Shown: positions 39,801-49,220, counted from the stretch's first letter. The stretch is 64,000 bases of DNA from Candidatus Melainabacteria bacterium 17Bon1m (GCA_032128875.1 JAVLKG010000003.1:417008-481007); one strand, 5' to 3'. Translations and numbers: made by a program. The notes: generated from the letters alone by a model not told the origin.

Positions 39801-41582
39801 TCAAGCCTCGTCGGTATTGAGGATAAACCAGAAAGTGCTGCCCTTACCTTCCTCTGAATCCACGCCGATTTGCCCGTCGTGGGCTTCTACAATCGCTTTG
39901 CAGATGGATAGTCCGAGCCCGAAGCCTTGTTTTCTGCCATCAGTGCCGCCGACCTGACGAAAGCGATCGAAGACAAATTTCAAATCTTCTGCGGCTATTC
40001 CGACGCCCTCATCCTTGATGCACACTTTGCAAGTGTCGCCATTTTTCTGAAGTGAGATTTTGATTGTTGATTTGGCTGGTGAGAATTTGACCGCATTGGT
40101 CAGAATGTTGGTTGCCACTTGCATCATTCTGGATTTGTCTATGTTGGCGAAGACTTCGTCAAGATCCGCTTTCAATTCGATGTCTTTGGGAATTGCCAGG
40201 GCTTCCACCTGTGCCATGCTGTTGCGCAGGAGTTCCGCCAAATCCGTCTTGTTGCGGTCGAGCGAAATGGTGCCGGCATCCAAGCGTTCCATTTCAAGAA
40301 GGCTGTTAGCTAAGGTGAGCATCTCTTGTGCAGAACCTTTCGCACGCTTTACTGATTTTAAAAGATTGGGTGGCATTTGGTCGCCCATTTCGATTTCCAA
40401 CCAATCAAGGACCATTTGAACGGATGTAAGCGGAGTGCGCAAGTCGTGATTGACCATGGCGAAGAAGTCAGACTTGATGCGCTCTAGCTCTTTGCGTTCG
40501 CTGATGTCCTGTACAATGCAGTAGAGTGAGCTTTCTTCTTTTGACCAGGAAACGCTCCACGACGCGTCCACCAATGCGCCATCTTTGCGTTTGATTTTTG
40601 TCTCTGTGCGAAACTCAGTGTCAGAGCCAATCACCTGCGAAAGTTCTGCACCAAATTTCTCTTTGTATTCATCGGCGATGAGTTCAACTACGCGCCGCGC
40701 TAAAAATTCTTCGCTCGAATATCCCCAGATTTTTTCCGTTGCCGGATTGACGCTGGTAAAGCTGAGACCAGCATCGAGAGAGCAAATCGCCTCTGCCGCG
40801 TTTTCCAGCATGGCTCGTTCGTGTTTGCGTAAAATTTCAATTGCTTCGTGCATCTGGTGATAAACTAAATCGATTTCGGCTAATTCATCGCCGCCTCTGA
40901 TCGGTGCAAGAGGCGCAAGTCCAGCAGACATTCGGCGGGTGTTGTCCATCAGAATGTCGAGGCGTTTTTTGAAATTGACGTTTACGTAGACTGCGGCTGT
41001 TATTGCGATGCCGACGATGAGTAAAAGCAGACTGCACAGAATTCTGACAGACAGCTCGTTGTTTTCGGTGAGCTGCCGTTGTAATTCAGTTTCGTTGGAA
41101 TTCTCTTGTCGAACAACATCGTTGACGAGCGAGTAGAATTTATTGATTCTGGCGCGGCTTCGGACAATTAATTGCATGGCGCCCATCTTGTCGCCTTCGT
41201 AATATCGGCTGCGCAATTGATCGAAATCTTCCTGCACGCCGTAGATAGTTCGCGTCAGTTGAAGCCACTGTGATTGCTTTGTTTTTGTGTGTGACGAAAG
41301 TTCTTCAATGACTTTTACTTCAGCGGCTGTGCGAAAGTTGAGTTCGCGAATTTTGCTGTCGTCTTTCGGAATCAGTCCTGCAAATTGTAAGAACATCATT
41401 TGTGTTCTTTCCAGGTGCATGGAAAGCAGAGCATTGATGTGCCCGACCATTGTGCGCGATTCAATGAGTTGAACGCGTGCGTCTTCCGATTGCGTGAATG
41501 TATGCAGCAGCCAGCCCACTAAGCCGACTTCCAGGACGACCGGTGCGGCTACGAGAATTAATATCTGTTTGGTAAGTTTGAT
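39801..41582 (-). CDS. Sensor histidine kinase (2TM-HAMP-PAS-HisKA-HATPase); start uncertain (ATC 41582 or GTG 41519)
   Basis: HDLRTPL, NAVKFS, DEGVGI and GFGLGL. The frame continues 21 codons upstream of the GTG through TM1. Confidence 0.85.
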   Translation of the reverse strand: MKLTKQILILVAAPVVLEVGLVGWLLHTFTQSEDARVQLIESRTMVGHINALLSMHLERTQMMFLQFAGLIPKDDSKIRELNFRTAAEVKVIEELSSHTKTKQSQWLQLTRTIYGVQEDFDQLRSRYYEGDKMGAMQLIVRSRARINKFYSLVNDVVRQENSNETELQRQLTENNELSVRILCSLLLLIVGIAITAAVYVNVNFKKRLDILMDNTRRMSAGLAPLAPIRGGDELAEIDLVYHQMHEAIEILRKHERAMLENAAEAICSLDAGLSFTSVNPATEKIWGYSSEEFLARRVVELIADEYKEKFGAELSQVIGSDTEFRTETKIKRKDGALVDASWSVSWSKEESSLYCIVQDISERKELERIKSDFFAMVNHDLRTPLTSVQMVLDWLEIEMGDQMPPNLLKSVKRAKGSAQEMLTLANSLLEMERLDAGTISLDRNKTDLAELLRNSMAQVEALAIPKDIELKADLDEVFANIDKSRMMQVATNILTNAVKFSPAKSTIKISLQKNGDTCKVCIKDEGVGIAAEDLKFVFDRFRQVGGTDGRKQGFGLGLSICKAIVEAHDGQIGVDSEEGKGSTFWFILNTDEA

Positions 41583-41712
41583 AGAGTTTCAGCCTTCAAA
41601 AGCAACCTTTGAAACCTGAATTAGTATAGCAATGCAACGCCAGCATGCAGCAAAGGCGACCCCCGGTTTAGTGGTCGCCTGCGCTGTGGTCCTTCTCCAA
41701 AAGGTTTTTTCG

Positions 41713-41919
41713 CTAAATCCTCCTGGTTCTGGGAGGATTCAGTTGGCTGATGAATCGATCGAAGCGCCGTTGCAGTGCAAACAGCTCGGCGCTCGTGATC
41801 GGTTCACGCGATCGCGACTCAACTTGCACCGGCATTCTACGGATAGTTTTTTCCGGCACAAACTGGAAGTCTGCGATCCCCTGCACATGAGTATTCAAAC
41901 TGGCTGAGGGTTCAAACAT
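41713..41919 (-). CDS. Hypothetical small protein (68 aa)
   Basis: Fills the gap after cmk; GGAG-like sequence upstream; followed by an AGGCGACC..GGTCGCCT hairpin (~41654-41680). Confidence 0.45.
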   Translation of the reverse strand: MFEPSASLNTHVQGIADFQFVPEKTIRRMPVQVESRSREPITSAELFALQRRFDRFISQLNPPRTRRI

Positions 41920-42029
41920 CGTCGTGCAAAGTCTCCAGCAGCAGGGAAGCGAGGGATGCTGAGAAGATAACTCTGCAGTTTGGTCAAAAGTTGGGCATTA
42001 ATATTAAACGGCTAAGTACCGTTCGCGCT

Positions 42030-42755
42030 CTATATAAGTTCGCGGCGTGAGCGCTCTTGAACTTTAGTGTTCGTGCAAAGAGAGAGGATTTTGTCGACAA
42101 CTTCGGCAATAGACATTCCGTCGGTGACAATTTCGTGGGCGTCGAGTGCTTTCTTGAGTGGCGCAATTTCTCTTGTGGAATCACGCTTATCGCGCTCGAT
42201 CATTTCCTGAAGGACAGTATCGTATGCGACACTTTCGCCGCGCGCTTCAAATTCGCGCATCCTGCGTTTGGCTCTTTCGGCGGCGGACGCTGTCAGGAAA
42301 ATTTTGACCTCGGCGTTCGGAAGCACCACTGTGCCTATGTCCCGCCCGTCCAGCACAACGCCACCATTTTGTGCCAGTCGTCTTTGCTGCGCTACCAGCG
42401 AGTCTCTGACGGGTCCTATTGTTGAAATCGGGCTGACCATAAGGCTCACCTCACGAGAGCGAATCTCGTAAGTAATATCTTCTTCGTCCAGGAAGACCTT
42501 CAGAAGCGGCGTGCCATCTGCATTCGTCGAGGGCACAAGATCGATTTTTGCTTGAGCCACTGCTTGCGCTATTTCTTCAGGCTCTTCCATGCTCAACCCT
42601 TTTCGCAAGGCCAGCACTGTTGCGGCTCGGTACATTGCGCCGGTGTCTAAATACAAATAGCCGAGTTTTTTCGCCGCCAGCTTGGCGACGGTGGATTTGC
42701 CGGCGCCTGCCGGACCATCAATAGCTACTTTCAACGCCTGCGCGGTCTCAATCAT
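42030..42755 (-). CDS. cmk: Cytidylate kinase
   Basis: AIDGPAGAGKST, LDTGAMYRA, DGRDIGTVVLP and RDKRDSTR. Confidence 0.97.
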   Translation of the reverse strand: MIETAQALKVAIDGPAGAGKSTVAKLAAKKLGYLYLDTGAMYRAATVLALRKGLSMEEPEEIAQAVAQAKIDLVPSTNADGTPLLKVFLDEEDITYEIRSREVSLMVSPISTIGPVRDSLVAQQRRLAQNGGVVLDGRDIGTVVLPNAEVKIFLTASAAERAKRRMREFEARGESVAYDTVLQEMIERDKRDSTREIAPLKKALDAHEIVTDGMSIAEVVDKILSLCTNTKVQERSRRELI

Positions 42756-42767
42756 GTGTGGAGAATA

Positions 42768-43523
42768 TCACTTGATGAAATAAAGCGCGACTCCAATTGC
42801 AACGACCACAAGCGCAAGTATGGCTGCCGCAATAATCGTCATTTGTGAATTGGCTTCTTCCGGTTTGTCTTTGGAGAGGTATTCGGATTGTCTGAGTGCC
42901 GGCGAGCCAGTCAATGTTTTCCTGGGATTGCGGCTCTGTACGGCATTTTGTACATCTTCTGCGCTGACCACGCCGGGCGGATAAGATTCGTTGTCGATGA
43001 GCGGTTGCATGAGTGCCCATGCCGCTTTGTCCGGAATTTTGTGGGTGCCGGAGAGAACCATTGGTGGAGGAATCGGCTCTTCTTCGTCTTCGTCTTGCAA
43101 TGCAGGCAATTCACCCAGTGTGAAGTCCTGCCCGAAGACCTTGTCCAGAAGCGCTCTTTCGTCAAAGAGCTTAGCCGGAGAGTCAGGAAGGTGTGGCATC
43201 GTCTTCACAAGCTGATCGATTTCAATATGAAGATTGGGCTGCAATTCAATGGAATCGCCTGGCTTTGCATTGAGCAGGGCGAAGTTTCCCTCGTCTATCG
43301 AAAGCAGTAGCCTGAGTGCGGAGTAGCCTGTTTCAAAACTGTCGATGACTGAAGCAGCTGTCACGTATTTGCCGCCGTCTATTGCAATTTTGCCGTTCAA
43401 TCCGTCGCGTTGCCTGTTGATTCGCAAGATCTTGAGACCTGGCGCAGGAAGCGCTTTTATGCGCAGCAAAACATCCTTCATCGCAACCTGATCTGACAAT
43501 CGACCTTCGAATATCAGATCCAC
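42768..43523 (-). CDS. Hypothetical protein: DUF4388/PATAN-like N-domain and C-terminal TM anchor
   Basis: FEGRL...G.I...G..V..A.....G..AL..LL....G.F pattern; hydrophobic C-terminus. Confidence 0.65.
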   Translation of the reverse strand: MDLIFEGRLSDQVAMKDVLLRIKALPAPGLKILRINRQRDGLNGKIAIDGGKYVTAASVIDSFETGYSALRLLLSIDEGNFALLNAKPGDSIELQPNLHIEIDQLVKTMPHLPDSPAKLFDERALLDKVFGQDFTLGELPALQDEDEEEPIPPPMVLSGTHKIPDKAAWALMQPLIDNESYPPGVVSAEDVQNAVQSRNPRKTLTGSPALRQSEYLSKDKPEEANSQMTIIAAAILALVVVAIGVALYFIK

Positions 43524-43588
43524 GACGATGCCATCCTTCTATCTGTCCTCAGCGCATCTAGCGCTTTATTTTGTGCTGGCGATTTGTC

Positions 43589-43930
43589 TTATTGGGTTTT
43601 TGGCTCTTTGCGGGTCAAGAAACCTTTTAGCCATTCTGCAAAGGAGATTCCTTTGGCAGATGAAGCTGCGGTCTGCTGTGCCTCGGAAAGGGATGAACCA
43701 TTGGCGACCAGATGAATGATTTTCGCTACTTCATCGTCTTCTGGAAATCGACCAAGTTTGCTCTTGGAATAAATGAGCACACCCTTGTCTTCAATTTCGA
43801 ATACGCCGCCGCTTGATTTAACAAGCTCTGATTCTTCGGAAAATTGACTTTCTAATTCCGCTGCCAACCTGACAGCTCTAGCTTGATAGCCTCAAGCTCC
43901 ACAGTAAGTGATCTTGAATCTCTTTGCCAT
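43589..43930 (-). CDS. SelW/SelT/SelH (Rdx) family selenoprotein; in-frame TGA (codon 13) in CxxU
   Basis: AGGAGG-GTTT-ATG; MAKRFKITYCGA[TGA]GYQARAVRLAAEL...GGVFEI...LIYSK..LGRFP. The track ORF starts after the TGA. Confidence 0.9.
43860..43876 (-). promoter_or_regulatory. Bacterial SECIS-like hairpin
   Basis: GCUGUC-AGGUU-GGCAGC stem-loop beginning 16 nt after the UGA, with G in the apical loop. Confidence 0.65.
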
Positions 43931-44054
43931 AAACCCTCCTTGATTCCAGTTGTGTCTGTTCGGACACCATCATGTTATCTTACCGCCCTTGAAACGGACG
44001 TGTAAGAAAAGCCATCTAACAGTTGAAGACTATGCTGTTTGAAACTGGTTCCAA

Positions 44055-44861
44055 CTATGGAAAGCGGCGGAACAAGCGTTTCCACCAAGGCAAACTCAAA
44101 TACGCCTCGTACTGCTGTTTGAAGGCGACCATCTCGCGTTGAGCGCTGATCAGCTCATCCTTGAGCATTTGATTGTTGTGCTGGTTGGTTTCAAGCAGGC
44201 GCATCGAATTAGTCATTTCGTTGAGCATGCGGAGGTCTTCAACGTGCTGGCGCGTCTCATCTGCGAGGGCTTTGTGCACTTTGACCAGCTCTTTGAGCAA
44301 TTGCTCGACTTCCTCGGAGCGGTCGATAATGATGGTTTGATTCTCGAGCCCGTCTTCTGAGGGCTTCACCACAAATGCTTCTTTCGGCTTGCTGTTAGGC
44401 AGAGCAAGATTCAACGCTTCTTCCAGTAAATTTGGTATCAAGTCGTCACCTTCTGTTTCTCTTGCCTGTTCTTCGTCTTTCGAGCGATGTCTGACCTTAA
44501 AACTGTCGGGCGGTATAACCCGCCACTCATCATTGCCGTCGATGCGTATTTTCTTTGCTATCCAGCCATCCGGGAGCTTGTTGCCCCAGCGACCCAGGAT
44601 GCTGCGTTCGAGTGCTCGCACGGAGCGTCCTAAAAGTGAAGAGGCTTCTTTGATGGTGAGCGCCGGGCGTGCCAGCTCTTCTTCCGTCATTAAGTCAGAA
44701 ATTGATTCCGAGTCACCGTATACTTCGCATTCATCGAATTCATCGCATGCCTTAGCTTCTTCTGATCGCGTCTCAGGCTCGCTTTTCAGATTGATTTCCT
44801 GTTCGATTTCCGCGGGTGCTTTTGTTTCCAGCTCGGTAGTTTCGACCATCTTCGCCCTCAA
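44055..44861 (-). CDS. Hypothetical HTH/coiled-coil protein with C-terminal amphipathic LPWWKRLF (start may be ATG 44849)
   Basis: LTIKEASSLLGRSVRALER helix-turn-helix-like segment; heptad C-terminal half. Confidence 0.7.
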   Translation of the reverse strand: MRAKMVETTELETKAPAEIEQEINLKSEPETRSEEAKACDEFDECEVYGDSESISDLMTEEELARPALTIKEASSLLGRSVRALERSILGRWGNKLPDGWIAKKIRIDGNDEWRVIPPDSFKVRHRSKDEEQARETEGDDLIPNLLEEALNLALPNSKPKEAFVVKPSEDGLENQTIIIDRSEEVEQLLKELVKVHKALADETRQHVEDLRMLNEMTNSMRLLETNQHNNQMLKDELISAQREMVAFKQQYEAYLSLPWWKRLFRRFP

Positions 44862-45045
44862 ATCTTCTCAACAGCAAGTTTTGCCGCATTTCGCCTTGAA
44901 TTCGAAATGCAAGTTGCCGGACCTTATTTTAGCCCCTTTGTCATGAGGAGCGGCTCTCTATGAAGCGCATCTGTATAGAAAGTTTCTCATGAGAAAACCT
45001 GCAAGAGCCCACGGCTTTGGCAATTGTGCTTCCCGCGGGAGGCGT

Positions 45046-45079
45046 AAAACCAAAGGGAGGCGGATCAACCACCTCCCTT
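45046..45079 (-). terminator. Intrinsic terminator of the SOD gene
   Basis: AAGGGAGGTGG-TTGAT-CCGCCTCCCTT-TGGTTTT. Confidence 0.75.
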
Positions 45080-45121
45080 CAATGTCTTTTAGCTCTGAGA
45101 GCCGGTTTTCAAAGATTGGAT

Positions 45122-45736
45122 CTACTTGATCAATCTTGATTCAACAGCAGCCCAGTCGATGTTGCTGAAGAATGCCTCGATGTATTTTGGTCTTTCTGCC
45201 GGTTTGTAATCGAGCAAGAAAGCGTGCTCCCAGGCATCCATTACGAGGATCGGCTTGAATCCGGCAATGTTGCCTTCTTCGTGCAACGTTACCCAATGGT
45301 TGGAAAGCACTTTGGTGTCTGGATCTTGGAACAAGATTGCCCAGCCCACTCCGCGCATCGCGCCTACTTTCATGAAGTCGTTTTTCCAAACTTCGTAAGA
45401 AGAATAGGTGTCGCAGATTGCTTTGCCGATTGCACTGCTTTCTTTTGGTTCGTCGGAGCCACCGGACTTGAGGTTGCCGAAATAGTATTCGTGCAAAACT
45501 TTGCCGTTGTATTCGAAGCCGTAACGACGCTTCAATTCAGCGTATTCCGGAGTGCCGCTCTTGCCGGCTTCGGTCAGTTCAATGACTTTCTCATTGAGGG
45601 TATTGGTGTTGGTTACATAACCACCGTACAAGGCAAAGTGAATTTCCAATGTCTTGTCCGAGATGCCATTCAAATTCTTGAGATGGGAGAAGTCTTTCTT
45701 CTCGTATGTTTTGTATTGAATTTTTGTTCCTTGCAT
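45122..45736 (-). CDS. Fe/Mn superoxide dismutase (Aquifex/ChrC-like subtype)
   Basis: HFALYGGYV, LHEYYF, GVGW and DAWEHAF. Confidence 0.92.
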   Translation of the reverse strand: MQGTKIQYKTYEKKDFSHLKNLNGISDKTLEIHFALYGGYVTNTNTLNEKVIELTEAGKSGTPEYAELKRRYGFEYNGKVLHEYYFGNLKSGGSDEPKESSAIGKAICDTYSSYEVWKNDFMKVGAMRGVGWAILFQDPDTKVLSNHWVTLHEEGNIAGFKPILVMDAWEHAFLLDYKPAERPKYIEAFFSNIDWAAVESRLIK

Positions 45737-46002
45737 CGCGCTCTCCTATGCAACACAGTAAGACCATGAAGGTCTCGTGGACATCTGTCTCTCGTGGCTG
45801 TCATTCATACCATAAATCCTTTTTCAAGAAGGACGATTGTTCATTAAACAGCAGGTTTTCGCAACCAAAACCTACTTTTCGGCTGGTTTTTGTACCGCGG
45901 GAAGCCCAGTAATAATGCGATTTTCAGCGTTGCGCGCATTCTAAATTTAGAACGGCACCATATGTGGTGTCGCTGAATGTCTGTCGTTTTTGCTTCTGAA
46001 AC

Positions 46003-47754
46003 TTAAGGAACCAGGTCGGCAAGACGTTTGCGTGGCTTCTGCCCTTCGTCGCCCTGGGCTGCCTCAGGCGGCGCTTCATGAGGTTGTGCTGCTTGAACCG
46101 GCTGTCCTGTTGCGGGATCGATTTGCTGCTGCATCTGTTGGGCTGCTGCTGCTTGTTCTTCCGGAGTCGGAGCAGCCGGCGCCGGAGGTGGCGGTGGCGG
46201 CATAAATCCTTCCGGTGGTCCTGCTGTTGCTGCTTCGGCTGCAGGAGCCGGTTGAGCTGCTTGCTGCACATCGGCAACCTGTTGCTCGTAAGCGTGTTGC
46301 ATTTGTTCGTAAGCTTGCTGCTGCGGCGCCGGTGCAGCTTGTTCGTAAGCCTGCTGTTGCATCTGCTGAATTTGTTGCTGCTGCTCTGCCAATTGCTCTG
46401 GTGTCAGGTGCAACTCGGCGGGTGTAACCGGAGGCAATTGAGCTGTGGCATTTGGATCGACTGTAGCGTGAGAATAACCATCGGCAGCCGAGGCCATATC
46501 GACAACCGCCGCTGCCAACGTGCTGCCTGTGCCTGTACCTGCGGCGCTTTGAGACGTGTAGCTGTTGTATGGTTGATTCAAAAACCAGCCCATTTGAGCA
46601 AAAGCATCTTCAAGCGAAATTTGATTGGTAATGCAATAGTTGAGAGCAACGATCGCTTGCTCGACACTAACTACTCCCTTAGCCATGAAATCATTTAAGG
46701 CAAGCGATACACCCATTTCAAACTCACCGATTGCGCCCACTTTGTGCAGCATCAATCCCATGATTTGAGCGTCCCGGGTGCCGTTTCGCACAGCTTCTTC
46801 AATTTGCTGTGGCGAAATTCTTCCCGCCAGTTGCAAGAATTGATAGAGCGGAACAGTTTCAACAACCGGCTCTTTCTGCGGTTCTTGGGCTCTTATGACT
46901 TCTTCGATTGTGGTGCCGCCACTGGCCACCATGTTCAAAACCAGCGCTGCTTGATCGCCGATTAACGAACCGGCCGCGACCATCCTCTGCAATTCGAGAG
47001 CATTGTTGAGAATGTGTTCGTTGATGGCGCCTTGTGCGATAAGTATCTGTCCGAGCGGTTGTTCTTGCACCAGACCCATCTCGACATAGTCCATCAAATT
47101 GGTGTCCGGCATGATGCCAGCTTTGACAAGCAATTCACCCAATCGGATTGTATTGTGCAGCGGCAATTGCAAGCCTGTTTCGGCAAGCGATTGTTCCAGA
47201 GGAATATGGCGTTCGCGCGCCGCTCTGAGACCTTGCAGTGCTTGTTCGCGGGTAATTTTGTGGTCGCGCACCAATACCTGCGCGTTCAAGGCAGCAGAAA
47301 GCAAAGGCTCGACCACTGCTCCGGTCAGAAGCAAAATACGACCGAGTGGCAATCCGCTCTGGGTAGACTGCGCCAATGCCTGGTCGAGAACTTCCTTGGT
47401 AATCATTTCGGCTTCGACAATCAATTCGCCCAATTTGTTGGTGGGCTGACTTTGCTGCACTTCCAATCCGAGTTGTCGGAAGGCGTCTTCGAGCGCCATC
47501 TCTTCTTTGCCGACAATTGCCAGCGCTTGAAGCACTGTCTCTAAACTTATGACACCGTCTTTGAGCAGGGATTGAGCCTGGACTGCGGCTCTCAATTGAC
47601 CGTCGGAGAGAAAACCCGACATAATCAAAACGCGTCCCACCGGCAGGGATTGATGCTTGGCGATTTGCATCGCTTCACGTAGTTCTTCCGGTCTGAGGAG
47701 GCCAGCCTGAGTCAACAGATCGCCCAGACGAACTCCACCTGCTTCACTTGTCAT
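46003..47754 (-). CDS. Stand-alone protein with four tandem MshEN-like domains and a Q/P/A-rich tail
   Basis: RLGDLL..AGLL, KLGELI..AEMI and RLGELL..AGIM repeats. Confidence 0.82.
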   Translation of the reverse strand: MTSEAGGVRLGDLLTQAGLLRPEELREAMQIAKHQSLPVGRVLIMSGFLSDGQLRAAVQAQSLLKDGVISLETVLQALAIVGKEEMALEDAFRQLGLEVQQSQPTNKLGELIVEAEMITKEVLDQALAQSTQSGLPLGRILLLTGAVVEPLLSAALNAQVLVRDHKITREQALQGLRAARERHIPLEQSLAETGLQLPLHNTIRLGELLVKAGIMPDTNLMDYVEMGLVQEQPLGQILIAQGAINEHILNNALELQRMVAAGSLIGDQAALVLNMVASGGTTIEEVIRAQEPQKEPVVETVPLYQFLQLAGRISPQQIEEAVRNGTRDAQIMGLMLHKVGAIGEFEMGVSLALNDFMAKGVVSVEQAIVALNYCITNQISLEDAFAQMGWFLNQPYNSYTSQSAAGTGTGSTLAAAVVDMASAADGYSHATVDPNATAQLPPVTPAELHLTPEQLAEQQQQIQQMQQQAYEQAAPAPQQQAYEQMQHAYEQQVADVQQAAQPAPAAEAATAGPPEGFMPPPPPPAPAAPTPEEQAAAAQQMQQQIDPATGQPVQAAQPHEAPPEAAQGDEGQKPRKRLADLVP

Positions 47755-47948
47755 CGAAGTTACCTACTCCATAGTCTTTGTAGATTCTAAAGCAAAATCT
47801 TTCATATCTTTATGCATTCTGCCCGTTGGCAGCGCATCTTAATTTCTGCGGTCGCAAAGAGAGAGTAAAACTCCCGCCTTTGCAAAGATGCAAAAATGCC
47901 GGCAGAGCCGTAAAGTCCTGCTGTGCTTAATTTTTCACTCTTGGGATA

Positions 47949-48827
47949 CTAAACTGCGTCCGGAGTCAGACGTGGTTCCATATCGGTCAACTTTTCGAGG
48001 GCTGCGACCGGACCTTCGATGTTTTCCAGTGCTGCCGCTCGACGATTTTTATCAGAATCTGACGCTAAGACACCGCCGGAGAGCAATTCCTGATTCTTGG
48101 GCAAACGAACGTCTTTTGCCAAACCAAGTGCCTTCATCAGGAGAATTGCGTACCAGGAGATGTCGAACTCTCTCCAGCTTAATCCGTGGCGGGCTGACTG
48201 AGGGAAGGCATGGTGGTTGTTGTGCCATCCTTCGCCGCAGGCTAACAAACCTACCCACCAGACATTGCGGCTGGCATCGGCCGTTTCGAAGTTGCGGTAC
48301 CCGAATTGCGGAATGTGGCAAACGGAATTGACCAAAAATGCGGCAATAAAAATGGTTGCGGCCCCCAGCAGGTTGGCAACAAGGGCGACAGGGCCAAGGA
48401 GAGCCAGGATTAAGAGACGAAAAACCACACAGACTGAGAGGCAAATCAGCCACTGGGTCTTGGGATTGGACGGATCCAGGGCGCGATAGACCGGGTCTCT
48501 CAAAAGGTCAGGAACGACGACAGGGAACTGTTCTTTGGGGGTTTTATATTCCGGAGAAAACAGCCAACCTGCAAAAGAATGCCAAAAACCGTTGCGAGGG
48601 GAGTGAGGATCGCCCTCTTTGTCGGTCAGTTTGTGATGCACTCGATGAGTTGCCACCCAGGCTATCGGCGAACCTTCAAAACAGAGGTAGCCGCCCGAGA
48701 CGATGAAATATTCCAAAAATCTCGGAATTTTGATGGCACGGTGTGAGAGAAGTCGGTGATAGCCGATAGTGATGCCAAGACCGTGATAAAGCCATGACGC
48801 GACAAAAACTGTCAGGAAAAGAAGCAT
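47949..48827 (-). CDS. Delta-9 acyl-lipid/acyl-CoA desaturase
   Basis: His boxes HRLLSH, HRVHH and HNNHH; GDPHSP. Confidence 0.95.
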   Translation of the reverse strand: MLLFLTVFVASWLYHGLGITIGYHRLLSHRAIKIPRFLEYFIVSGGYLCFEGSPIAWVATHRVHHKLTDKEGDPHSPRNGFWHSFAGWLFSPEYKTPKEQFPVVVPDLLRDPVYRALDPSNPKTQWLICLSVCVVFRLLILALLGPVALVANLLGAATIFIAAFLVNSVCHIPQFGYRNFETADASRNVWWVGLLACGEGWHNNHHAFPQSARHGLSWREFDISWYAILLMKALGLAKDVRLPKNQELLSGGVLASDSDKNRRAAALENIEGPVAALEKLTDMEPRLTPDAV

Positions 48828-48938
48828 GGGTATACTCGCAGGATCCTAAGCCCGGCAACCATCTTGGGGAAGAAACCAAAATCGCCGGACCGCCTGTAGT
48901 TTAACTCCGATGTCCCTCTATTTAAAGTGCATGACATC

Positions 48939-48954
48939 TGTGAGTTTGGTCACG
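48939..48954. promoter_or_regulatory. CRP/FNR-family-like box
   Basis: TGTGA-gtttgg-TCACG, about 110 bp upstream of the desaturase start. Confidence 0.4.
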
Positions 48955-49060
48955 GGCGAGTTAATTGCGCTTGTTGTAAGTAAGACTTTTGGCTGTGGTA
49001 TCAAATATGGTGCACAGAACTTTGTCGTTGTTTTTAACCATAATCTTCAAAAATATCTCT

Positions 49061-49092
49061 AAAAACGAGACCAGGCGCTCGAAAGCGCCTGG
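49061..49092 (-). terminator. Intrinsic terminator
   Basis: CCAGGCGCT-TTCG-AGCGCCTGG-TCTCGTTTTT. Confidence 0.75.
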
Positions 49093-49220
49093 CGAATTTC
49101 TCATGGTTCCTTAGAACCTCACCATCTTGGTGTTATGGTGCCCCCGTGGGGGCGGTTTTCAACTAGGTTGTGTTCAATTGTCAAAGACGCTTGCTCTAAG
49201 GATGTCCTCCGGGAGCGAAG
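49061..49220 (-). ncRNA. Candidate multi-hairpin small RNA
   Basis: Five short consecutive hairpins ending in the terminator; no convincing CDS. Confidence 0.35.

Noticed and set aside
43589-43867. 92-aa ORF starting at TTG, or a pseudogene call
   Set aside because: It lacks the catalytic motif; the RBS, ATG and CxxU upstream support readthrough.
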